Source: Vicugna vicugna
Taxonomy: Eukaryota
Assembly (NCBI GenBank): GCA_013265495.1
Contig: MU057999.1
Span: forward strand, 62,001-126,000
Length of the DNA stretch: 64,000 bases
Reading direction: 5' to 3'
Of the stretch, positions 25,051 to 39,230 are shown one piece after another. Position 1 is the first letter of the stretch, and every line of letters begins with the position of its first letter. Both the position numbers and the translations under genes were made by a program. The notes beneath the pieces were generated by a model that had not been told where the DNA came from, ran no database searches, and was given only the letters and a program-made list of their open reading frames with translations.

Positions 25051-26686
25051 CTGCTAACAAAACAGGAAACGGGAATCAAACAAAGCAAGACCAAAGGAAA
25101 ACCTCTCCTTTCCAGCCCAGTGTGAGCTCCCCGCCTGTTAGTGTGCCTGTGCGTCTCTGTTTGTCTTGGGCCAGCGCCACCCAGGGATCCGAATTATGCC
25201 TCTTGGAGCCAACGGGGAGTTTGACGCTGGCCTGTGCTCAGGGCCCCTCTCCATTTCTTCTACCAGGAGGAGCCCGAACCTATCAACTAATTGTTGGAAA
25301 GTCTTGGTTGACAAACCCCTTACTGCAGAAGGGTCAAGACAGCCAACCAATCAGGACTCTGATGAGACAGACGGCAGGTGCTATGGGAGAGTCACGGGCG
25401 ATATTTCCCTTCCCTTCTCTTTCATCTGGGCTTGGGCTGCGGCCCCTTGAGGCCATTCAGGGTCTAGATGGCTCCTGCCTCTGGGTCTACGTAGCCAGTG
25501 TCCAGGTCACTCCATCCCCCAAGCTTCAACCAAGGGGTTTCACTGGCTGATCTCATCAGTCTCATTGTCCCCCATATCTGAAATTCAGGATCTTCTTTGG
25601 GAAAAGGCCGATAAACCACAGTTTGGAGCTTTGCTGAAATTATATAAGATTATACTAATGCCAGTTAACAGTAATGGAGCATCTCTTAATGCAAGGCACT
25701 GCGCCTGAGGGCTGTTCATGCACCGTCATCACAGTAGGTCTACAGTGAATGACACTCCTTTTGTGAATGAGAAAACTCAATATCAGATAAGTTAAGAAAC
25801 TTTCCCCAACTAATAAAGAGCAGGGCCAGAACCAGAAGCCAGTCTGATGACAAAGCCCTGGGCTAACCTCCCAGTGAAAGCTTTCCTGGTCTCTCAGCTC
25901 ACACTCAAAACACCAATACTAACGGGGGGAGGGGGCGTTCTGAGGGACCCTCCCTTCCCTCAAACCCACCAGGGACAGGAGAGGTTCTTTCACAGTGAAA
26001 GACAGAGGAAACAACAAGACTGAGAAGTAAGGCATCTCCAAGTGTTGCCACCTCATTAGGCAAAACCTGAAAGAAGAGGTGTTGAAAGGTGGCTCCCAGC
26101 GGAAAAAAAGTTAAGTGCTCCTTCTCAGCACCTCCCCTCCTGGGCCTCAAAGCCCTTCCTGAACATGAAGCCAGATCTAAAACTTAAAACCCTGCTGCCT
26201 TGTGCAAACCGACAGGTGTACTTTACCTGCCCTCTTCCTCACCTGTCCTAATTTTTCAAGTCTGCCATCACTTTCATTGTTCTTTCTCAGATCTTTTCAA
26301 ATCTCCATCTCTCATCTTTCTTTGGCAGTTCAATGAGACCCTGTAATTCTAGCCAGTATAGAGCTGATGCTAAACATAGTTATTTCCTGGTTCCTGAGGC
26401 TCACAGCCCTACAGATTTATCCTGAGACCAAACTAGTTCGTTTCTGGTGCTTCTAAAAAACAGAACCCTAACCCTGATTGCTGGTGGTCCACTAGGACTC
26501 TCTGGTTTCTTCTCATAATTGAGCATACTATTCAAGACCTGATTTTCTCTTTTCACCACATAAGAGATAAGGTCAACAGAGGAAAAGAAGAGAGGAGAGT
26601 GGAAGAAGCAGAAAGGAAGATGTGTGGCAGCCACATCTAGGTTCTGGCCTCAGCAAAGAGCATCTCCTCACCATTGGCTCCCATTA

Positions 26687-26929
<243 letters not shown>

Positions 26930-27389
26930 CTACCCACGAAGCTGGACCACAGAGAAGGGGGCTTGGCCTCCTGAAAGGACATTCGGTATGTTTTACTGCA
27001 GTAACTGCAAAAACCAGATGTCATTAACTGAGCATTTACTACTTGCACGTCGACAATTCTCTTGACATGGAGGCTTGCCCTACCTGTGTAAAGAATAAAG
27101 AAAGTGGGGCCCTTGCAGCCAGAGGGATGTGGGCAGAATGTGCATTTATGAAGCACCTTTCATTACCTGACCCCTCACTGCATCCTTACTATGACCACAC
27201 GGGGTTAGCAAGACACTGGTGGTGCCTCCTGCCTGATGTGCTAGACAGAGGCCAAAAGCTAGAGGGGTGAGGTCACAGCCAGGAGCCACGTAAGAGGTCA
27301 GAGGACCTTGACCACATCCATATGGTCAAGCTCACCTGTGAACTGGGCCCCATAATTCACTTGGGCACTTGGTGGGACTACATTAGTGC

Positions 27390-27542
27390 TTCTAAGCCTC
27401 AGCTGCAAAAAAACACTGGTGCTGGATGCTGGCCCCCCCGCAGAAATTCTGCTTTCACTAATCCAGGGTGGGGCCTGGGTGTCTGCGTGTTTTAAAGCTC
27501 TCCAGGGGAGCCCAAAGTGCAGCTGGGGTTGGGAATCACTGG
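27390..27542. mobile_element. MER5-type hAT-Charlie MITE
   Basis: gggtggggcctggg..tctgcgtgttt...gttgggaatcactg terminus. Confidence 0.6.
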
Positions 27543-27930
27543 GCCACATACCCCTTATTCAGGTGAATGTCTTCAGATCCTTGGAGAAGAAGGAAAAAAA
27601 CCCAGAGGCATTTTTCTTAACCCCCAATTCAATCCTCTCTTTCCTCTGTTGCCCCAGTGATGTCAGGCCCTTTGGGAAGCGGTCAGGCCTTCAGCCTCTC
27701 TGAGAAAGACAGCCCTCCTCCACCCCAGCCTCCACCCACTCCTGCCTGGAATGATAGGGGCCCAAGAAATCTGCCAAGAACATTCTAGATTGCCAACCAG
27801 GAAAAACGTCCTTAAAATTCTTTCTCCTGGGCAAGAACCCTAGGGCTCCTGTCTGCGTCCGGTCTGGTCACGCCTGTCTCTGGATGGGCGACAGGAGGGC
27901 CCAGAGCCGGCAGTGCCCGGGGGAACTCAC

Positions 27931-28095
27931 CGATGAGGAGGTTGGCATAGGCTGCAGAGGCACCGTACTGCTTCTCCAGGAACTTGTTGAGGAAGGTGGA
28001 GAGGCCGGCAATGACGGAGGAGAATGTGCACTGGGCCAGGACCACCAGCATGAAGAGCGGGTTCACCAGGAGCCGCAGGAAGATGCGGGGAAAGC
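27931..28095 (-). CDS. SLCO2A1: SLCO2A1 coding exon 8 (165 nt; [55 protein letters not shown])
   Basis: [11 protein letters not shown] motif; CAG / GTGAGT boundaries. Confidence 0.97.
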
Positions 28096-28572
28096 CTGCG
28101 GACAGACTGTCGTTAGGGCCGGGCCTCTGGGCGGCGGTCACCCTGGCTGCCCCCAGGCGGCTCCCCTCTCTCCTTCAGCGCAGAATCCAGCGGCCAGTGG
28201 GGGGACACGGCCACTCAGAGTCGCACTCAGCCTGCTTATGGGCTAAATAAAATGAGGATGGGCCTGGAAGAAATCAGGCAGCAGGTGACTAGAAATAGAA
28301 CAAACACGGGGACATTCTCCTCACGTGATGGCTGCCTCCACAGGAAGGGAGGAGAGAGGAGAACGTGGGCCAGACCCTGGGGCTGGGGCTGCCTCTGCCT
28401 GCATGTGGGTCTCCTGCCCTCGGCAAAGCAGCAGTCACCAGAACCCCCTGAGGGAAGGGCCAATTTTAGACCACCCGCTCTTCCTGTGCCTCGTCACACC
28501 CTACACCCCACGGGCTGGGCTACCCTTGACCGTCCCCCACCCCCACCCCCAAGCCAGCCGTCACTCAGTTAC

Positions 28573-28651
28573 GTTTAATGAAATCCAGCAGGGAGCTTCT
28601 TGACTTGGCCTTCTCCATCTTCCTTGCCTCATCCGTGATGGCAGGAGTCCT
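28573..28651 (-). CDS. SLCO2A1: SLCO2A1 coding exon 7 (79 nt; RTPAITDEARKMEKAKSRSSLLDFIK-R)
   Basis: CAG / GTAACT boundaries. Assuming a 96-nt coding exon 1, the cumulative CDS ends at c.940, matching the human c.940+1 donor. Confidence 0.95.
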
Positions 28652-30199
28652 CTGAAGGCAGCAAAGGGGCTGAGTGTGAATGGCCCAGGTTCCCTGCAGC
28701 CACCCTTCCCTGGGCTCTTGATCTTTCTGGTCTTGGTGGCCCAGGGCTGGGCAGTGGTCAGCCACCCCAGGTGGTGGTGGGGGGCACTGAAAGCCATCAC
28801 CACCTGCATGTCAGTGAGCCTAGTGCTCTGGCTCCGACCAGAACACATCCACGCCATTGCCTTCCAAGGCAGCCTTGGGCGTATCACTTTGTATCTGGTT
28901 GCTGACTGATGCCAAAGGTATCTGAGTGGACCTCATTCCTTGACTGTCTGTCATGGACACAGGCATGTCCTCAGACATGTTCTTCCCTGTCCTCAGATTC
29001 CAGGGGCTGCTGGCTTCTGAGACACTTGGGTCTAGAACGACCTCTGTTCCCAGATCTCTCTTTCAGTCTCCCCTGTGGAGTCCCTGCTCCAAAAGTTGAG
29101 TCCTGCTCACAGCTCTGACCTGGCTCTTAGCCCGGACTTTATGTGCAGAGCCCCTCAGTGAACTCACCAACCACTTCTGAACTCATCAGCTGCAGCCTGA
29201 AACCCCAGCTGTGAACCACCATACCTGTGCTCAGACACCATTAAGAACCCCTGGGGAGACTCATCACAGGCCCAGGAGCTCCCGTTCATTTAGGGCTCAC
29301 TCCACGGTGGGCACCGTGCCTGGTGTCCCACACACATGGTCCCATTCCTCACAGCCTCCTCCAGAGATACGTGCTCTCCCTCATATCTTAGAGGAGAGGA
29401 AACTTAGGAGCAAGGAAACTTGTCTAAGGTCCCTTAACTAGTTTATAAGTAGCAGGGCTGGATTCAAACTCAGGTTTACCTGACTCCAAAACCACCATAA
29501 TATGCTGCCAACCTCTGAAATTCTTCCCTAAGACAAGCCAAGAAGCCCCTCCCCCATCACTCCTCACCCCCAAGCTGGGTCTGGATCGCACACACCTCAC
29601 TGTCTAATGTCTAGCTCTGCCCCTGGCTCTAAACTTTGGTACAAATTTTAGCTCCTCTTCTCCAGTCCTGCTCACTGCTCAGTCCTTCTCGGCTCCGCCT
29701 CCAAGAACATCTACCCCTGCCTTTGTCTCAGTTGTCTGGGAGCCAGTGCCCTGGTCCTCAGCTGCAGCCCCCATCTCTCCACTGGCCTCATCAGACCTCC
29801 AGCTTTCATTCCTTCCCGACTGCCTGATCTCATCTCGACCCAGCTGCCATATTGTCAAGTGGTCACCATTCACTGCGGCGCCTCAGAACTTCACAGGATC
29901 AGAACAAGGTTTAGAACCATCAGCCTAACGTCAAGACCCCGACCCAGACTTCTCCCCGTTTTCCATTCTCAGCCTTCCCTGATTTTTTTTCCCCAACAGA
30001 GATGACTGGAAGATGCATGGTAGGTCAGTCTGCCCAAAATACGTTCCACTCTCACACTCCTCAGCACTCGGAGTCCTCTCCGGACTCAGTCTTTTAGAAT
30101 TAGACATTATGGGCCCCACTGAATGCAAATGTCAACTGCAGGAGGTCACATATTCGGCTTTTATTGGCTCTTAACCCTTTATCCCACTTTAGATGAACT

Positions 30200-30400
30200 C
30201 AGTGGTTCCCAAACTACACTCCCTGGAGCCCTCCTGATCCCTGGGATGCTAACATGGTAAGGGAACACTGATGTGACACCATCTTTTGGAAATTCACAAG
30301 CACTCTCACCTCTTAAAGCCTCTGAGAAGTCCTGCATCATGAAACTGCTTTACATTTTACCGAGAATTTACTTAACTTGCTGTAGCTTCTCAGCTGTGTT
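30200..30400. mobile_element. hAT-Charlie MITE fragment (same family as 61707-62050)
   Basis: cagtggttcccaaact terminus; ttaaagcctctgagaagtcctgca core shared with attaaaggctctaagaaaacc near 61850. Confidence 0.55.
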
Positions 30401-30470
30401 TATTTTCTATACATACCTCCCTTTCTTAAACTCCTGTAACAGGTGGAACTGTGGGTTCTCAGAAGCTTAC

Positions 30471-30607
30471 CTCCACTCCTCTGGGTATCGCTCGGGGAAA
30501 GAAAAAAAAGGGGCAAGAGGTGAGAACCAAGGAGGCTGAGGAAATGAGTAGGCCCAGCCACCAGGCTCCTATCCATCGGGGATCTCTAGGGCTCAAGTTG
30601 ACTGCAG
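30471..30607 (-). CDS. SLCO2A1: SLCO2A1 coding exon 6 (137 nt; [45 protein letters not shown])
   Basis: Contains the OATP superfamily signature D-x-RW-(I/V)-GAWW-x-G-(F/L)-L; CAG / GTAAGC boundaries. Confidence 0.98.
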
Positions 30608-32257
30608 CTGAAGAGAAAGCAAAGGACACAGTGTTTGTTGGATGAATGCATGATTTCATGTTATTAGAAAGAGACCCTCTGATCAGGGGGACCTCTCTTC
30701 CCACCCTGGAGAAGAGGTGAGCCTTGAGCTAGCACCTTGGTCAAGACAACACTCCTCTCCAGCCTATTCTGGTCTTCTCAGAGAAAAGAGGCCACTGGGA
30801 ATATCACTGAGGTTAACCTTGGCTTTTCCAAGGTTAAGGCTAGCAAGCGCCCTTCCATTGGTTAACCTCAAACCTATGTCTCCGCGGCGTCCATACCTGC
30901 ACTCAATCACTGAGTGCTGCTGCCTCCCAATCTTATTGCTGCCTAAGAAAGGAGGCTTCATAATCTTCAGATGCTCAAAAAAAAAAAAAAAACAACCATC
31001 TACAGAGTGGGCTACCAGGCCTCCAAAAGAGATGCTTTCTCCTGGCAAGTATCCATCCACATCTAAGGGTCTGCCATTGTGTTTCTCTTTGTAAAGAAGC
31101 TACATAGACATGGAGGGAGGGAGAAGGTAGCAGAATGGTCCTCAGCCCAGCCCTGTCCTGGGGTACTGTCCCCGGGGGACCAGGGGCTCCTTTGCTACTC
31201 TCTGGGCAACTCAGAGCCAGGAACCAACTCAGGAAGTGCCAGCGAAGGGCGAAGATGGCTTGACCCTGAGCAGAGCTCTGCCCTGTCTGTCCGTACCCTT
31301 TCATTTGAACTACAGGTGGATGATGCTGAGCAGGTGACATCGTGGCCAGACAGTGCCAGGGACAGGAGTGCATGGGCTCTGGCAGCATGACTGGGTTTAA
31401 GGCCTGACCACATTCTTTGTGAGATGGGCAGGCTCTGACCTGTGTGCTGGACACTGGAGGCTTCTTACTCCTGAGGGTCTGGCTGAGACCTGCCTTCCAG
31501 CCATATCTTCCAGCTGCTGGGAACTTATGAACCCACACCCTCTGCATGCGATCCCCCTCTTGGCTTTGTCCAGATGGTTTCCCCACCTGGGAAGGCCTCT
31601 CTCATCACCACCTGCAGAATTCCCACCCATCCACGGGACTTGATGCAGCCGCGACCTCCCTGGGGGGCCCTCCCTGGTCACCCCACACAGGCATGCTCTT
31701 CCCGCCTTGGGGGAGGCTGGGGGTGTCGAACAACCGCTCAGTGGCTCTAAGCCCTTTCAGGATCCATCCTGGGGCGGCTGCCTGAACGGTTAACTCAGCA
31801 CGTGTGCTCTTGTCTATGGATTCTGTTTTCTCATCCTAAGACACACAGTGATACACATATCATTTTTCGAAGAGCTCACTCCTGTCAACCTCAATATCTA
31901 TCAGGCATGTTTTAAACATTACAACGACTCTATTTCACTAGCATTAGCTCCATTTTACAGATGAGGAGAACGAGGCACAGAAAGATGAAGATACTTGTCC
32001 AAGATCACTCAGCCAGTAAGAGGTGGAACCAGGAATTAGACACAGGCTGTCCACCGCCACTGTCTACATGGTTAAACATGATGTTACGCCTTTCTGGATT
32101 TAAGTCATAGTCCGTGTGCTTCTTCTTCTTTTTCCCAAAAGAGCTCTTATTAAAATTGTTTAAACAATCAAGATCACCTTAAAATCAAAGAATCGTAGAG
32201 CTGTCTTTAGTACCACCACCAAGCTGTGGTGGCAACACCTGAAGCCTCTAGGTCTCA

Positions 32258-32674
<417 letters not shown>

Positions 32675-33377
32675 TCATGTGTCCTCTGGCCCTAACATGT
32701 CCAGAAACACCAGTGGCATTTCCCACAGACAAGGCCAGAGTTGCTCAAGATCCTAAGACAGGTAGAACCAAAGCCGTTTCACTCCAGCCAGAAGCCAGAG
32801 AGATCCGCTTGCCAGGAGGGCAACAGCCTCGCCAGTATTTACAGGTGCCAGCCCGGGAGCGTGCTGGTGGACCAAGCTCCCTGCAGGTACGATGTGGCAG
32901 CCCTGGCGGCAGCTCGTGAAACCACAGAGCCCGTGGGTGTGGTCTGTCTGGTCTAGGGTGTGGGTCCTGAGGGTGTGGCTTGTTCTCAGGGAGGGATGTG
33001 AGCATCTGCTATCTGCTTCGCATGTGTTTCTTTGAGGCCAACGTGTGTGTCCCTAAGTGGACAGATCAGAAGACGTGTGTGCCCGGCCTGAGCCTGGAGG
33101 ACTGTCAGCAGCAGTAGGTACTGTGCCCAGCCCAGGGCCCAGTGGTCACACATATCACCTCAGGCACTCCCACGCCCCCAGCACAGAGACTGTGGGCCCC
33201 GTCCTGCTGGTGAGGAGCCAGGGGCTGGGCTCAGCCACTTACCCGTGATCACACAGCTAGCAGGTCCCAGAGGTGACACTCAAACCAGCTCTGTGAGATC
33301 CCCAAACCTCTGCACGCGGTGGCCGAGCCACATCAGGACCCACCCCCGCCCCACCATCCTCTTCGAGCCCGACTCAC

Positions 33378-33605
33378 AGATGTACAGGGGCGAGTTGTTG
33401 GGCTCCGAGAAGTCGTCCACGTAGGAGATCCCAAATGGCTGGATGGGCACCGTGCCGATGCCGGCCAGCAGCTGGGCCACCACCATGAGACCCCACATGC
33501 TGCTGGTCTCCTTCTGGGAGTCCTGCATGCTGCTGTGGCACTTGCTGGGGGGCTGGTCCTGCCTGAGTTTCTGACAGAGCTCAGCCTGGAAGCGGCTGCT
33601 GTTCC
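33378..33605 (-). CDS. SLCO2A1: SLCO2A1 coding exon 4 (228 nt; [10 protein letters not shown]...[26 protein letters not shown])
   Basis: Inside ORF 33280..33837; OATP motif [11 protein letters not shown] / GTGAGT boundaries; phase 1/1. Confidence 0.97.
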
Positions 33606-35937
33606 CTGCCAAGAGAGAGTACGCGCCAGTCACCCCCCGCCCACCGTGTTGTCCTGGCCTCAACAGTTGGCCTTCAGAACTGGCCTTTCTCCCAGGTCTT
33701 CTGGGAGTGGCTCCAGAAACAAAGGTGAGAGGAGGGGAGAGTGTGGGCTCCCTGCTTTGGGGGGGTGCAGTCCTTTTCTGGTGGGAGAGGCACCCTCCTC
33801 TCCTGGGGGTCCATTCCTCCTCTCCGGGTGCAGGCATGGAGGGATCAGTTCCTTCCTCCCCGGAGGCAGGATGACCCAGCTGGGAAAGGGGGGACCATGA
33901 TCAACACCCGAGCTTGTCGGCCTTCAGCACCCCTGTGGCAGCCTCAGGCTCTGGCCCCAAAGGGGTGGTTCTTTTTAGAAGGACAGAGGTCATTCTGTCT
34001 CACAGAAGATGGTGTCCCCCTGGCCTGGGATGTCCCCCCAGGGCTATGACTCCCAGAGCCCTCACTTCTGGATGAACCCAGCACTGGGTCACGCTGGAGA
34101 GCCCTACTGCCAAAGGCACCAACATCTTTACCAAACCTGGCAGCTCCCAAGGATGAGGAATGTGGGAAGATGAAGGGACTCTGAGAGCTTCTGGTTCAAC
34201 CTCTCCTATTACAGAGGGGGAGCTGAGGCTGCACCTTGAGATCCTTCTGTGATGGCCTGTGGGCACCCGTGCCTGTGGCTGTGGGGACCTGGCCAGGCTG
34301 GACGCTGCTCCCAGGCCGCTGCTTTTAATTTGGCTCACATAAACAAACAGCACTGTCAGCTCTCCAAGGCCCTTGGGCTCTTGAGGGCTCCTTTCCATAA
34401 GATGCCTTCTTTTCCAGCCTTGTAGGGGCCAGCAGAAATCACTGACATCACTGATTCTGCTCCATGGGGTTCAGTTTCTTTCTTATTTGTGGTCCTCCCA
34501 GACCGGGTAGACCTCTGAGCTAGGGGGGCCTCAGAGCTCCACAGAGAGGAAAAATGAGGGCTGTGGACTAGATCTGCCTGTCACCCTGGACTCTGCGCAG
34601 TGCCATGAGTTAAGCTCAGGGCTTGCCCTGGACAGTGGGACTGAGGGTGGGGGTCTGCCTTCCTCATGGTCCTCTCCTCTCCCCCAAACACACATGCTTC
34701 GTTCAGTCTGGCTCCACAACTCCTGTCACATACACTGGCCTTTACATAGGACACATTTGAAAACTGCCGGCTTGGGGGCTCCCCATCAATCAGGGAGACC
34801 TGTCCCAGGAAAAGCAAAGGGGGCCAAGATGTCTGTCGGGTCAAGGTCAGAGCCGACACCAGCCGTGTGCATGGAAGCTGTGTGCACCCAGCGCCGCTGG
34901 TGTCCCTCGGTACCTCCCCCTCTGGCCCCACACCCATTATCCTGCCTTTCAATGCAGGGTTCAGATAGAGTGGTCCACCCACACGGTGAAACAGGAGGCA
35001 GCCTCTTAGAATTAGGGTGAGGATGTAGCCTTATTGAAAGGGAAAGACATCTTGTAGATTCAAAAAATAACTAGTAGTTTGGAGAAGAATATGAGCCCTA
35101 ATTTATAAAACTTACGCAGCCTAATTGAATATCCAGAGAACAAGTCTGGAAGATCATGGCTCCCTCTGGGTGATGGGACTGTGCTGGCATTTGTGTGTAC
35201 GTGTGCTCGCCTCAGCGTACTTTCTAATTTTTCTATAACGAACACATGATACTTTGGAAATAGAGCAACAGTAAAAGCTTTTAAATTAAAAATATTCTTT
35301 CATAAGAAAATATAGCCAAAATTTAACAAGGTCTCTCTCGTTTCTTGTTTCTTTGTTCCAGAACCATTGCCCCAGGTCTGCAAAGGTATGCAACACACTA
35401 GGGCCCTGAATCTTGGCCCACCTCCACCATCTCTCCCTAGGGGAGTTGGGGGTGGCGCTGGGCTTTTCTCAGACATTCGTGCTCTACTGAAGGGATCCAA
35501 GTTCTAGCGCCAGAATTTTTAAACTTCCATCTCCTGCTCAGGCAGACTCTGCCAAGGCTGTGGCATACAGTGTGTGCTGCTCGCAGAGGCTTCTGGCCCA
35601 CCCCGCCTAAGTGGCCACTTTGGGGCAGATCTGGTATTTGAATCCCTGCGTTCCGGACTCTAAGTCCTTAATGAAACCAAATCTGAAAGGGCAGCTTTGA
35701 AAAGCACAACACACATTTTGCAGGGACGGAGGGGACGGGCCTGGGGAGGTTCCTCTACCCATTCCCCAGTTACAGCCAAATGCCTGAGCCCTCTGACCTC
35801 TGTAGGTGGCTGGGACCTTACCCCTACTTCCTCCAAGGCAGAGCTGTTCTGGAAAGGGGCGGGCTGGGAGTTTTGCTGAAATCTGAGACGAAGAGATGAA
35901 ACAAACGCACAGTATAAAGAGTCAAGACGTTGGTTTT

Positions 35938-36410
35938 GGTGAAATAAGCCAGACACAGAAAGACAAATGCTGTACGATTTCACTTAGATGTAGGATCTAA
36001 AAGAGTCAAACACATAGAAGCAGAGAGTAGAATGGTGGCTTGGGGGAGGGGGAAATGGGGAGATGTCGGTCAAAGGGTAAAAGGTTTCAGTTATTCCAGA
36101 TAAGTTCTGGAGATCTACTAGACAGCATAGTGCCTATAGATAATGATATGCATTGTAGACTTAAAATTTTCTAGGAGGGTAGATCTTAAGTGTTCTTAAT
36201 ACACACACACACACATACAGACACACACACAGTAATAATAAAGGGGTAGGAGGAAACTTTGCAAGGTGATGTATTATGTCTGTGGCCGTGATGGTAGTGA
36301 TGGCTTCACAGATGCATACTCATCCCCAAACTCATCAAGTTTTATACATTAATATGTACAGCTTTTTACATGTCAATCATACCTCAAAAAAGGCATTTAA
36401 AAAAAAAGAA
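35938..36410 (+). mobile_element. L1MA-class 3' end
   Basis: gtgaaataagccagacacagaaagacaaat...agagagtagaatggtgg...A-rich tail. Confidence 0.8.
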
Positions 36411-37839
36411 ATAAATTGGTTTTAGCCCTAGGTAGCTGTGTGACCTTAAGTAAGTTTCTAAACCTCTCTGGGCCTCAGTTTCCCTTGAGGCAGAGATCAT
36501 AAGGTGAATGGATAGAAAGAGTCCCTGTGGATCATTAAAGGGCTGGAAGACTGTGGTTCCAGAAAGGGGCACAGGCCTGAGTAACTGGACCCAAGGGTCA
36601 GTCAGTGTGGCTGAGGGATGTCCCTGCCCTCTGGTAGGAAGGCTGGGGTGTCTCAGGGATGCTCCAAGAGCCTGATTCTCAGGATCGTCATGTTAGTCTG
36701 GAAGCACAAAACTGTGAAATGTTCCTGCTGAGAAAGAGACCATGAGTGGCCCACCCGTCACCACACAGGAACCCTTCCGCCAGCACTGCCCCAGGTCCAG
36801 CACTCAGACACGGGGGTGTGGTGCTGGCAGTCTCATGCCCACCCCCAGGGTGGCTGTGGGCAGGCAAGGCCCAGAGATATTGGAAGGGCTGGATTGGGAG
36901 CCTGAGACCCAAGTTCTCATCGTGATCTGAGACTCCCATGTCAGTGATCTTGACTTTGAAAGACCTCAGAGGACTCCGGGGAAGGCATCAAGCACTGCAG
37001 AGGGTGGGCAGTTGCCAGAGGGCCAGTGGGCCAGTGTCAGGCTCACAGTTTACGTCGTGCACTCATTTCAGCAGCCACACAGGACACCCCAGAGGCTGAG
37101 CGTGCACCCGCCCTGGGCTGTGCCAGACCCTATGGTTCAGGAAGGAGAGCAGAGCAGCTGCGAGGCCTGGGAAACCCTCCCTCCGATCCTCGCTGCCAAG
37201 TGCAGCTGCACGGTCCTGCAGCCCAGCGCACTTCCCTCTGCCAATTCTCACTGAGTTGATGCACACTTAAAGGGCTCGTAAATAGAAAAGTTGCTGCCAG
37301 GTTTTCAAATGGGCATTTCTTTTTAGAAGAGTCAAACAAATTTCAAGTAGATCTTTGAGCAAAGTCTGAAGTTCCCTAAAACCGTGGGCTGCTGTCACTT
37401 GTAAAGGTGCCTGGTTGTGCGGTCTCTGTCCAGGGGTGACAGCAGTTCCCTGTCGCGTGTCGTCTTGTGAGCTACAGGAGGGCAGGGCCAGGTCTACCCT
37501 ATACGCATGAGAGGCTTAAAGATCACCTGAAGGCAAATGACATTCCGAGAAAGACATGCAAAGAATTGACCCCCTGCTTCCAGTTTGGCCAGGGAAGGTC
37601 CATACCCAGGCCCGTCAGCTGCCGGGGACGATGCCTGCTTCACAGGGAGAAAGCTTGGAGGTTGGGTCCTGAAAAGAAACCTGGACCAAATATGGCTCAC
37701 TCTTGGCTGTTCAGTTCTTTGGTAGTGACCTTGGGCAGGCACTCTGCTGGGGTGACTGAGACAGCATAGGTGCTGTCCTTACAAACCCTCGTCTTCTGTG
37801 TAAGCACATCATCAAAGGAGCCACCGCAGCATTGTCTGG

Positions 37840-38600
37840 TCAAATCAAAACCTCAGCGAGATACCGCTTCACAGCCATCAGGACAGTTATTATCAGAAAA
37901 CAGAAAACAGCAAGTGTTGGGTAAGATGTGGAGAAACTGGAACCCCTTTGTCTTGCTGGTAAGAATGTGAAATGGTGCAGCCACTGTGGAAAACAGTGTG
38001 GAAGTTCATCAAAAAATTAAAAAATAGAACTACTATCTTATCCAGCATTTACACTTCTGGGTATTTACTCAAAAGAATTAAAAGCTGGGACTTGAACGGA
38101 TATTTGTACACCAGTGTTCACAGTAGGATTATTTACAACAGTCAAAAGATGGAAACAACCCAAATGTCCATCAATGGGTGAATGGATAAACATAATGTGG
38201 TATACACATACACTGGGATATTAGTGAGCCTTGAAAAGGAAGGGACTTCTGACACATCCTACATACAAAATGAATAAACCTTGAAGATGCTATGCTAAGT
38301 GAAATAAGACACCGAAGTACAAACATTGCATGATTCCATCTATATGAGGAACCCAGAAGAGACAGATTCATAAAGACAGAAAGTAGAATGGTGATTGCCA
38401 GGGGCTGGGGTAAGAGGAAGGGGGAGTTGGTGTTTGATAGGTCCAGTTTCACTTGGGAAAGATGAAAAAGTTCTGGAGATGGATGATGTTAATGGTTGTA
38501 CAACAGTGTGAATGTACTTATGTAATGCCACTGAACTGGACACTTCCCAGGGGTTACAATGACAAATTTCATGTTATGTATATTTTACCATGATATAAAA
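37840..38600 (+). mobile_element. L1MB-class ORF2 end and 3' UTR
   Basis: gatgtggagaaactggaaccc, aatggtgcagccactgtggaaaacag, gatgaaaaagttctggagatggat. Confidence 0.85.
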
Positions 38601-38991
38601 ATACAGCCTGGTACCCACTGAGTTGGGAGAGGACAGGGTACCAGAGAGCACGTGGGGAAGGCACCAGACCCAGGGCTGCTGGTGAGAGCATTTGTGAAGG
38701 ACTCCTGGAGGAAGGGGCTTCTGAGCTGAGATCAACAGGAGGAAACAGCAGATCAGTGGGGAGGAGGGGGGAGGAGCAGCTCACAGGTTCAGTGTGGTTG
38801 CTGTGCAGACACAACCAGGGCGAAGTCTGGGTGCCCCTGGGGGCTGGTGCGTCCTGGGAAGGGGCCTGGATTGCATCCTAAGGAGAACTCTGGAGGCTGA
38901 AGATCAAAAGGGGGTGGTGTAACAACACACTGAAGGGATTAAGACCGGTTTTCAAGATCTGTGTGTAAAGAGCAGAGTTGACCCAGTCGAG

Positions 38992-39230
38992 TTTAGGAGT
39001 TTGAGATTTGCAAAGGTTAACCACTATATATAAAAACAGATTTAAAAAAATTCTTCTGTACAGCACAGGGAACTATATTCAATATCTTATAATAACCTTT
39101 AATGAAAAAGAATATGAAAATGAATACAGGGGTGTATCTGCATGACGGGGACATTGTGCTGTACATCAGAAACTGACATGTTGTAACTGACTATACTTCA
39201 ATAAATTTTTTAAAAATTTAAAACTTTTTA
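38992..39230 (+). mobile_element. 5'-truncated lineage L1 3' end
   Basis: Near-copy of 8990-9205 (ggagtttgagatttgcaaa...tacttcaataaa). Confidence 0.85.

Noticed and set aside
33319..33900. Long antisense ORFs over SLCO2A1 exons (also 24819-25550 and 27884-28246)
   Set aside because: Shadow ORFs caused by GC3-rich codon usage on the opposite strand.
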